NCBI GenBank assembly: GCA_000165425.1
Contig: CT868441.1
Coordinates: forward strand, 443,380 to 463,379
Reading direction: 5' to 3'
From: Paramecium tetraurelia
Lineage: Eukaryota
DNA length: 20,000 nucleotides
Positions 1-10,600 of the stretch are shown in pieces (position 1 is the stretch's first letter; each line of letters starts with the position of its first letter). A model generated the notes under the pieces. It saw only the letters and a list, made by a program, of their open reading frames with translations, did no database searches and was not told where the DNA came from. The position numbers and the translations under genes were made by a program.

Positions 1-159
1 TAAACACTCAAGATTAAGGTAATTATTAGTTAAGTTAGGATTAGTTTCAATAGTTGTCTCTATTCAGAAATAAATAAAATTTTTTTAGTTGTATTAATAT
101 CAGATTCACAGTAAGATCAAGCCTTAGTATTGAATATTTAATTAATTATAATTTAATTT

Positions 160-1365
160 ATGTATAGAATTGACAACTTAAATTTAGAGAATTTTGAGAA
201 GATTGTGATCTAATTTCCTAGTAATTAATTACAGGAAGCTTAAACTGTATGGCGATAACTAAGCCAAAAATACCCAAATAAGTAATTCATCATTTCTGCT
301 GATCCCTTACATTCATCCTGTTGTGTGAATGTAATTGGAGCACGTCACATCAAGCATGATCTGATAATACATTTTGGAGAAACATGCTTCTCAGAGGCTC
401 ACTAAGAAAATATCATGTATGTGTTGCCCTATTTTGAATATGATTCAGCTGAATTAATTAAATCTATAGATTCGATTGAATAATCATCTTGGGTATTATT
501 CGATTAAAAGTATGATCATATTTTGATTGGTGAAAGCAAACACATATTTCTCTCATTCTAAGGGAAATTGAATCAATAACAAACTCAACATATCGCTTGT
601 GGTTATCATGCAGCTGAGTTAAGAAAATAACTCATATTTATAGGATCTGAAGACAGTGAATTGCTATAAAGATTTATTTTACATTTCGAATATGGAAAGA
701 TTGAAAAATGTTATATCATAGATCCTACCACTTGTTAACTTTAAATATTGTAAATCAATTAGATGCCTTTAATTATAAAAAGAACTAAACAAGTTGAAGA
801 GGCATCTGAATGCAAATGTTTTGGCATTCTAATTAATAATTCTACCGCTAAGTATACTAAAAATGCATACAAGGCATGCAAATAGATCTTAAAAAATAAT
901 TAGAAAAAATACTTTACATTTTCAATGAACAGTCTCAATGAAGCTAAGTTAGGAAACTTTCCTGAAATCGAAGCCTATATTATCATAAGTTGTTACAGAA
1001 ATTCAATTATTGATACCAAAAAGTATTACAAATTGATCATCACTCCCTTTCAATTGCTTTAAGCATTTTCAGATGTTAAATACATAGTCGAAAGTGATTT
1101 AAGTTTACTTGCATAAGAGTAACAGCTAGAAGGGAATCAAGAAGTTTAGAATGAATAGATAAATAAATAAGAAGAGTCTACTGCTCTGTTAGCTTAAAAT
1201 AATGAAAATTAATTGATTGCGTTAGACAAAATATTTTAAACCTTAGACTTCTACAAGAATAGACAATATTAAGGATTATAAATTAGAGAAAATCTTGAAC
1301 CTGCTCAATTAGAAATAGGATTAACTGGGATAGCAAGTTGTTATGAAAAAGAAGGGAATAAATGA
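160..1365 (+). CDS. DPH2: Diphthamide biosynthesis protein 2 (Dph2-like), 401 aa, intronless
   Basis: Open from ATG 160 to TGA 1363-1365 in the ciliate code. Motifs: KIVIQFPS, ISADPLHSSCCVNVIGARHIKHDLIIHFGETCFS (Dph1/2 N-terminal block), NEAKLGNFPEIEAYIIISC, and a Dph2-type C-terminus RQYQGL...PAQLEIGLTGIASCYE. Confidence 0.88.
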
Positions 1366-1395
1366 TGTTTTTAGTGGAATATATATATCTATATA

Positions 1396-3846
1396 TCACT
1401 TAAATATAATATCTAATTTGGTTGGCATTAGATAATATGTGATGTTATGTTGTATTTCTCCCCAAGGAATATATGAAAAGAACTATAATGTTAATGTTTA
1501 GCTGTTTATTTAAAATTAGCAATTTCCTTATCAAATTAAATAACACTACATATAACTCATCATAATTGATTTTTGGATTTGAACAATTGATTTCAATTTT
1601 ATTAAATGCCATACATCCTTTCTATATACAAGGATTTTCTTTTTATTTTATATTAATTATTTTCAAAGCATCGGATTCATTTTCAATTTAGAAGTGAAAT
1701 TTTTCAGAAAGAATGAAAATTAGTAGTCACTATTTATAATTAAGGAACTTTTGCAATTAGATTTTTCTATAGGGAATGAAATTTAATCTATTTGAGTAGT
1801 TCGAAATTTCAGTCTTCCTGATTCTTAAAGTTTCATCATACCTTTTAATTGTGGTCTCTTAACTCATCTGTCTTCTTAAGTTTAAACTACTATTTTCTCT
1901 TAATTTTTCATCACAATGTATTTAATTGGTTTATATAGATAATTAACATACTTTGTAAATCTATTTAAGTTTTGAGTTTAATCCTAAACCAAGTATCTCT
2001 CAATTATTTCATCATGATTTTATTCATCTTCATCTAAGTTCTCACCAATCAGAAAATTCACATTACTCTTATCATATATCATATTTCTGAGAGTAAATTA
2101 AATTTTTTGTTCCATACTCTTAAGTAGTAATTATTCTTCAACCCTTTATTGGCGATATGTCCATTATTAAAAAAATGAAACTTCCAATATTTCAGTCAAA
2201 TAATTTGCTATGTAGAGCCCAGAAGGTTTGATACTTGATTCATCCTTAAGTTCATTTAGATTAATCCCTTTTGCATATCCTAAATAGATATTTGAATGCA
2301 ATTTTGTCTGGCATCGTTTTTAAAGGTAATACCAATAAATCCATCCTTTGTTAATTCAATACTATTCTCCATTATTATATCTGTAATCTATCTTTTACGT
2401 TCTTCATCTGGGAAGAAATCAGTGTTCAATTTTACTAGATTTTTAAACTAATATTTATATTGTTGAAACTCTTAGTTTATAATATCTTATAAATATATAC
2501 CATTTTATCAAAATTAATTTATTATAATTTATTCGCAATTACTTTTATTCTAAACAACAATGTTTCATTTCAATATTTGATATTTTTGTTGTATTAGGAG
2601 AATCTTTTGTTGTTGAAATTTAACGAATCTCAGATAATAAATTTTAATGTCTTTAACATCTTTGTCTCACGAATTTCATCCTTGTTTTTCATCTAAAATT
2701 TAACTATCTCAGAAACATTATCCAAGAATTGATAAATCTTATTATTGCTAATCAAAATGAAATAAGAAATAGAAGTACTTCATTACTCAGTTTTAACAAT
2801 TATAATCCTTTTAATACTCCTGATCTCCTTTTACTAGTTCATTTAACAGCTACTCTAGTTATCCTTAAGTTTATAATCTTGGCTAGTCAGCTTATTACTA
2901 ATATCTTAATTGCTATAAGACTGGACCATTAATTAAAGAAAGTAACAATTCTCCTTTGTCATTTACTCCACAAGTAGATCCAAATTTAGCATATCTAGTC
3001 AACTTAACAGTCAATTCTTTGGTTGATACTTATTGCTTTCTATTGAGGACCTCAATGATCTCCATCTTTCTTAAATACTCTTTCGCTTCAAACATATCCT
3101 ACTACCTAATAATTTTAAGCCTCAGATGATATATTTAATAATTCTTTTGTTTGATCAAAAATAACTACTAATCAATGCTGTTAATGGTCATTGTAGGTTC
3201 ATCTAACTTGGTAGGTCAGAAACTCTATCTGCATAGTAAGTAAGTGTATAAGAATAGGGGAAATGCTGCAAATCTAACTTTATAAGTGTATAAAAATAAG
3301 ACCAAGATTTTTTAGCAGATTATCAAGGCAGAATAAAGAAGTAAAATAAGTTCTCGCTTGTCCATCAATTATCCTTTCAACAACCAAAAGTCCCATAGCA
3401 ATGAGAAGAAACATAAAAACATAAGTTGGTGCTTTCCCAAAAAGAAGTGGATTTTGGTCTTTTTTGTTACAACTTCAAATGCTTTAAGTAATAAATAAAG
3501 AACTATGCAGAGTCTTAAAATTTAGAGAATAACTTAAACAAAATTAGTCAAAATGAAATTACCTAAATTTCACATCAGTATAAAGCTTCTATAATATTTT
3601 ATGTAGCATTTGACAATATGTTCACAATTACCAAGAGAAGGCCGACAGGTAATAGTAGAGCTAAAGATACTGTTTATCCAGAGGCTCCTTTATGAAGCAA
3701 TAGTCAAGGTATTCCTAAGTTTAACATAATATAGCGCTGATTTTATAGTCCAGCATACATAATTTTATATTCCTTTATGAGAGCCTAAATAACATTTTGT
3801 GTATGCTGTTTTCAGATGGATTTATCAAAGCATCAGTTTTTTCCAT
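1396..3846 (-). pseudogene. Degenerate membrane-bound hybrid sensor histidine kinase-like gene (TM segments, HATPase_c-like, receiver-like) with multiple frame disruptions
   Basis: Candidate ATG at 3846 (MEKTDALINP) and candidate TGA at 1398-1396. Fragments lie in different frames: hydrophobic stretches (LALLLPVGLLLVIVNIL; ILRLCIVLYLLLKA; MFLLIAMGLLVV), N-box-like PDEERKRQITDIIMENSIELTKDGFIGITF, G1-like QISIQD/AKGI, G2-like SGLYIANYLTEIL, EYGTK/IQFT and receiver-like ENESDALKIINIKQKENPC...INCSNPKINY. A 22-nt GT-AG intron repairs the first break, but I found no 20-30 nt intron for several others. Boundaries are approximate. Confidence 0.6.
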
Positions 3847-3868
3847 TTTAATTATTTTATTATATTGC

Positions 3869-4862
3869 ATGAGAAATGAATCAAACCCCTTTTGGAATTA
3901 AGACATTATGGTCAATTTTGGAGCAGACAACTTGTATTTGGACTAAACATTCATCATTAACGAAAACCCCATACCCATGTTGCCTAGAGCAATTAGGGAA
4001 GGACGTACACTCTGTTGGATTTAATGCATCTATTATCTCATCAAACTCTTCGTTACTCTATCCTATTATCAAGAAATAGCGGAACCTACTTTCAGTTTAC
4101 TTATTTTAGTTATGGGCTTACACGATGTGATTAACATTCTTCACTATCTAATAATAGGGTATGTGCATCTCCATAATACTAGAATTTTGACCTAGTATAT
4201 TAGTACTATTGACGTAGAGAACTTCAATAGGTAATTCAATTTACTCTCTCTTAACTCTTCCATAACCTAAATGATCATTCAAGAATTTTTAAGTTATTAT
4301 CGTCCATTGAATGGACTTCTCATTATAGATATCATTGAAAAAAAATCCTTCTATTTTAATTGTATTTCCATTAAATTATTACACTACTTCATCTCCATAT
4401 ATACTCTAGTCACTATACTATTCATTTTCACCGAAATCCCGTTACTTGTTCAACTATATATTGTACTCTTAGTTATTTATTGGTTTATTCCTATTCTTAT
4501 GTGCTTTGTTTGGCCATTTTTGATGCTTTGGTTTATTGTATTGAGACAAGAATTAAATTATTAATAAAATAGGAGCATGATAATTAGTTTCTATGATTAA
4601 TTACAAAACATTAAATTTAGAATTCTAAAGGAAAAACGTCCTTCAATGTAATAAAATGATTGGTATTTATATATACTAATGTAGCCCCATTTGTTACTAG
4701 CAAATTAATGAATCCCACAGTGTTATTCAATTGCCTTGCCATCAAGAACACTACTTTCATGCAGAATGTTGCAGATAATGGTTAGGAAGAGATCCACGTT
4801 GTCCATTATGTAGACATGGATTAGAGTAACCAAAGGAGATGGTACCACTTGAGTTCATTTGA
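3869..4862 (+). CDS. Multi-pass transmembrane RING-H2 E3 ubiquitin ligase (~315-323 aa)
   Basis: ATG 3869 (MRNESNPFW) is open through the hydrophobic track ORF 4271-4564. Removing the 22-nt intron 4663-4684 (GTATTT...GTAG) restores CPIC-x14-C-x3-H-x2-H-x2-C-x10-CPLC (RING-H2), ending at TGA 4860-4862. A possible in-frame 24-nt intron lies at 4159-4182. Confidence 0.85.
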
Positions 4863-4891
4863 ATATATTTACTAATTAATAATTTATTAAA

Positions 4892-5487
4892 ATGTAGGAT
4901 GCTTAAGACAAGTTAGAATTACATTCAAAACTCTTGAAATACCCTCCATTCTACACGTAAATTAACACTATAAAGTACTTAGCTTATAAGATCATAAAGA
5001 GACTAGAAAGAAGCAGATAACTTAATGGAGTGAGATTGTACATCTCTACTTTCAATCACATAAAATTTTGGAATCCTCTATTAGCGAAATTCTTAATTTT
5101 CCCATATTTTAAGATTCATCATCTGGAATAATTAAGAAATTAGATTCTTCAGAAATTAAAGAAATACTTAATTAAATGGCACAATTAGGATCTATAGAAT
5201 GGAAAAATGATTAAAATTTCACTGTGAATTTAGTCAGTCCATTCGAGTTGGCTGATGCAATCTATGCTTGGGCTAAGGAGAAAAAATTGATTGGCTACAC
5301 TGAGACATTAAGAGGAATTACTGAGGGAAGCCAGACTGATGAATCTAAAAGTAAAATTGGTTATCAATATATAGAATTTTATAATTTACCTTAAGAGTAG
5401 ATTCTCAAGGCATGCTTAATTCTAGAAGAAACAGGAAGATGTTAGGTTTATGAATTTGATGGCTTGTATAGTATCAAATTTATATGA
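4892..5487 (+). CDS. VPS25: ESCRT-II subunit Vps25, 181 aa, two introns (4957-4982, 26 nt; 5351-5374, 24 nt)
   Basis: Spliced frame gives KYPPFYTLQDHKETRKKQITQWSEIVHLY (Vps25 PPxY/F N-terminus) and C-terminal KFYNLPQEQILKACLILEETGRC...GLYSIKFI, stop TGA 5485-5487. Both introns are GTA...TAG and of typical Paramecium size. Confidence 0.9.
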
Positions 5488-7479
5488 TTATCTTATTTTA
5501 TATGAAATTTTTACACAAACTCATATATAATCAAAGGAATAATTTATAATAATTCAAATCGTGCAATTATGACTTTTTATAATTTATTTATCCGTGTAAC
5601 TTGATTATGATTAATCATTTTATATAAAGTAGTTGGTCATTCAATCAACCAGAACTGATATAATATCTATACATATAGTGCGTCTCTAGAATTAATTATA
5701 AATTTATCAATTATGAGTAAATTTATATTTATTAATTCAATTAGAGAATACTATTTCTATCAAAACTACTATTAGATTTTTATCTTAATTCCCTAAGATT
5801 AAATGTAAGAATTTACTTTCTTGAATTCTTAAAGATTCTTGATATTAATGTATTTAAATATAATTACTTAAGAGGAAAAATCATTTTTATTATATGATTC
5901 ATAGACACCTTGTAAAATTTAATACAGGTTTTGTTTAGTTAGCTATTTTTAATAAATCTGGATCCTTTTTAAATTAAATAATAATTGCTCTTATAACAGT
6001 TACACAATTAATTCCAAATTCATTGCGGTACATTTAGGGTATTTTGAAAGAATTCTTGCATCATGTAATAAAACTTGAAGCATTTCTATTTTTGTATTAA
6101 GAATTACAAGAATTTGTACAAAAATTAATTATAAGTTGATTATTAATAATTTTTACTATTCCTCTATTGAATTAATATCTCTAAAAGAAACAAAATAATG
6201 ACATTTATGAAAGCTGATCAAAATAAAATTTTTACTACATGATAAGAAATAAAAATGAGAAAAAAAAATGATCCTTACATATTGTTAGTGCTTCAACTCT
6301 AGCATCATTGATTATATATAAAACAAGCAACTCGAATAACGAAAGATATTGACTTGGTGTTAAAATACTTTAATATAATTTTGATAAGAATCAACTTGAG
6401 GTCTCTTGATGTATATTTTGGAGATGGTTCAAATTTTATCATTTTTATACTCATTATATATATTTAACTTCATTTGTTCTTGTTATTGAAAGACTAACCA
6501 AAAAATGAGCAATCTAAAAACTAAAAGATTTATTATAAATAAAATAAATTAAATATTCATGTTTATTATATTTTATAATTTTCTGTATTTTAATTGGTTT
6601 ATTAAGGTATCTTTGGATATTAATTGGAAGTCTCAAAATGGCAAGAAAATTATTGTTATCTTTAAGTCAATAATAGACAGGAAATATTTAGAAAAATGAA
6701 TATTTTCTAGAAGAAAATTCAATTCAATTTAATTTAAAAATCAGATTAGTTTTTTTCATCCTTACATTCATCAAAATGTTTTTTCAATTTAAAGTAAACT
6801 TTTTTCTTGGTTTCTTGGTTTCTTGCTTAATGCTCGAATTCAACCTTCATGTCAGTTATTATATTTTGCACACTAATTGAATAATTAAATTATCAACCAC
6901 ATTTTAAATATCTTCATAATTAACAAACATCAGTATAGATAAGTATAAAATCAATTATAATTAATATTGTCATTCCCTCTCGCAAAGAATTTTCGTGTCA
7001 CTTAAATTAACAATGCATTTTGATAATTTTTCTTTTTTAATATTATGCTCCATCTTTGTTCAATAATGTCGAAACTTGTGAAAAATATGATATTTCAATC
7101 TGCAAAATTATTGTTGAAAATTGTCTTATTTCTTAACATTAGTCCACATGCTCAATTTTTCATATGCAACTTTCATTTTTATGTTTTTAAATTCATTTCT
7201 TTGTTTTGGATGCTAATTTCTCAAATTTAGAAAAAATTGGATGATTTGATAATGAGCAAGCAGATAAGATCAGGAATCAAATGAGTTTCAATAAATTAAT
7301 CGTATTCTAGATGCTTATGATATGAAAAAAAAAAATGTTGTATTCATAAACTAAACTGTGTTTTATACTTAGTCTCATTATATTTTTATTCGGATTTATC
7401 ATAAGATTGATATCTTCTCCCTTCTCCTAAAACGATATGAAAAACAAATATTATTTTAATTTATTATCATAATTCATCT

Positions 7480-7602
7480 GAAAATTTAAAAGTGATGAAA
7501 AAATATAAATATAATATGACACTATTCTAAAATTACAAAAAATTAAATTTTACCTCTACTATTTAATCTGTTTAAAGAACCAACTAAATGTTAATACTTT
7601 TA
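7480..7602 (+). promoter_or_regulatory. Proximal promoter/5' UTR of the G surface antigen gene, including the TA junction at -11 (7592-7593)
   Basis: AT-rich sequence directly upstream of ATG 7603. The TA at -11 matches the recalled position of IES 51G-11. The extent of the promoter is inferred, not seen. Confidence 0.5.
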
Positions 7603-10600
7603 ATGAATAAATTCATCATACTCTCATTGTTTCTTGCTTTAGTAGCAAGTCAAACATACAGTATAACATCATGCACATGTGCATAACTGTTATCTGAAGG
7701 AGATTGCATCAAAAATGCTTCCCTTGGATGTGCATGGGATGCTACAAAGAAAGCATGCGCAGTTTCAACAACTCCTGTCACTCCAACAGTGACTTATGCT
7801 GCATATTGCGATACATTTGCTGAAACAGATTGTCCAAAAGCTAAGCCATGTACTGATTGTGGAAGCTATGCCGCTTGCGCTTGGACTGATAGCAAATGTA
7901 CATACTTCACTGGATGTACAGCATTTGCTAAAACACTTGATTCTGAATGTTAAGCAATAAGTAATAGATGTATTACCGATGGAACTCATTGTGTTGAAAT
8001 TGATGCTTGTAGTACTTATAAAAAACAACTCCCATGTGTGAAAAATACTGCAGGAAGCTTGTGCTATTGGGATACAACAAATAATACATGTGTTGATGCT
8101 AATACTTGTGATAAATTACCAGCAACATTTGCAACAGATAAAGAGTGCAGAGATGTGATTTCAACATGCACAACAAAAACAGGAGGTGGATGTGTTGATA
8201 GTGGAAATAACTGCAGTGATTAAACATTAGAAATTTAATGTGTTTGGAATAAATTAAAAACAACAGCTTGTTATTGGGATGGAGCCGCTTGCAAAGATAG
8301 AATTTGTGACAATGCACCAACAAGTTTGACTACTGATGATGCCTGTAAAACATTTAGAACTGATGGAACATGCACAACTAAAGCCAATGGAGGATGTGTA
8401 ACTAGAACTACTTGTGCTGCTGCAGCTATTTAAGCCTCATGTATTAAGAATAGTTCAGGTGGTGACTGTTATTGGACAGGAACTGCTTGTGTAGATAAGA
8501 CATGTGCAAATGCACCAGTTACAATGACAACTAATTCAGCTTGTGCAGGATTTGTTACAGGATGTATCACTAAATCAGGAGGAGGATGCGTTGCCAATGG
8601 CGCATGTTCCGTTGCTAATGTTTAAGCAGCCTGTGTTAAGAACTCCAGCAATTTTGATTGCATTTGGGATACAACTTGTAAAGAGAAGACATGCGCCAAT
8701 GCCCCAACAACCAATAACACTCATGATTTATGTACTTCTTATTTATCTACTTGTACTGTTAAATCAGGAGGTGGATGTTAAAATAGAACATGTGCTAATG
8801 CTCCAACAACATTGACAACAAATGATGCATGTGAAGCTTATTTAACAGGAAATAATTGTATAACAAAAACAGGAGGTGGATGTGTTACAAATACTACTTG
8901 TGCTGCTATAACATTAGAAGCTGCTTGTGTTAAGAATTCTACTGGATCAACTTGTTTCTGGGATACTGCAAGTTCAAGTTGTAAAGATAAAATTTGTGTG
9001 AATGCTCCAGCAACTAACACTACTCATGATCTATGTTAAGCTTTCTTAAATACATGTACAGTAAATTCAACTAGTGCTGGATGCGTAGAAAAAACATGTG
9101 AAAATTCTTTAGTTTTGGCTATTTGTGATAAAGATACAAGTAATAGAGCATGCATTTGGAAAGGAAAATGCTATAAGAAATAATGTGTTTTGGCTTCATC
9201 TGCTACTACTACTCATGCTGATTGTTAAACCTATCACTCATCTTGTACTTTGAGTAATTAAGGAACAGGATGTGTTCCACTTCCACTTAAATGTGAAGCT
9301 ATAACTCTTGAAGCTGCTTGTAATATGAAAGCTAATGGTTAACCATGTGGATGGAATGGATCTTAATGTATTGATAAAGCTTGCTCAACTGCCTCGAAGA
9401 CATTCGCAACTACTACATAATGCTAAGGACACATATCAACTTGTGTTGCTAATAATCCAGCAACTGTTAATGGCTCATTGACAATTTAAGGATGTTAAGA
9501 TTTACCAACTACATGTGCTGCTAGAAAATCAACTGAAAATTGTGAAATTTCAAGAGCTTAATTCCCAACATGTCTTTGGGTTGCATCTTCTACTTCATGT
9601 GTTGAAAAGTCATGTGCAACTGCTAGTACTGCAGGAACAACTGGAGCATTATCAGCAGGAGGATTTACTTTTTCTGCTTGTTAAGCTTATCTCAATACTT
9701 GTATTTCCAACAATACAGCAGATGGATGCATGGTTAAGCCATCAAGTTGTTCATCATTAGTGTCATCAAATTGTTAACTTGGTTCTAAAGCAAGTGGAGA
9801 TTGCTATTGGAATGGAAGTAGTTGTGTTGATAGAACTTGTGCAAATATTACTCAAACTACACATAACAGTTGTTAAAGTACATTTAATTAATGCACAGTC
9901 AATAATGGAGGAACTGCTTGTTAACCCCTAGCAACTGCCTGCACGTCTTATTCAACCTAAGAAAATTGTAAATTTACATCCACAAACAAGAATTGTGTTT
10001 GGACTGGATTAGCTTGTAGAAATGCGACTTGTGCTGATGCCCCAGATACTGCCTCATATGATACTGATACCGAATGTTTGGCTTACCCAACACCAAGTGA
10101 AACTTGCACAGTTGTCTACAAAGTTGGAGCTTAAGGATGCGTACCAAAATCAGCAAATTGTTCAGATTATATGACATAGGCCTAATGCCACAAAACCATC
10201 ACAAATTTAACAGCTAATGATGATTGTAAGTGGGTCGTTGATAGATGCTATGCAATATCCTCTTTTGCTACTGGAGCTTGTACAACATTTAAGGGTACTT
10301 AAACAATGTGTTAAGGATATAGAGCAGGATGTACAAATACTGGTGGTGCAACATCCTCAACTGCTTGCACTTTAGATTGTACTTTAAAAACAGGAACAGG
10401 TTTGACATTTGCAGATTGCTAAGCATTAGATTCTACATGTTCTGTAAAAAAGGATGGTACTGGTTGTATTGTTATCTAATCAGCTTGTACTGGATATGGA
10501 ACAACAGCAGCTAATTGTTTCAGGTCAAGCGCAAGTGGAAATGCAGGATATTGCGCATTAAATGGTTCTTCTACTTGTGTGACAGTGAGTGCAGCTGCTG

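Noticed and set aside
1..159. Possible end of a neighbouring gene at the window start
   Set aside because: Too short to assign a strand, frame or product.
2729..2932. Track ORF of 67 aa on +
   Set aside because: TTG start, no motif, and antisense to the kinase-like gene.
3876..4079. Track ORF of 67 aa on +
   Set aside because: Alternative frame of the RING gene. The frame from ATG 3869 is the one continuous with the TM and RING regions.
3881..4643. TGA-free minus-strand frame of ~250 codons (ending ...DHNVLIPKGV*), with a chromodomain-like snippet QYIVEQVTGFR in a neighbouring frame
   Set aside because: It is antisense to the RING-H2 gene, which has clear motifs and an intron. It lacks a suitable in-frame ATG near its 5' end, and long shadow frames are common when TGA is the only stop.
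7045..7230. Track ORF of 61 aa in the spacer
   Set aside because: Low-complexity AT-rich translation with no motif or intron support.
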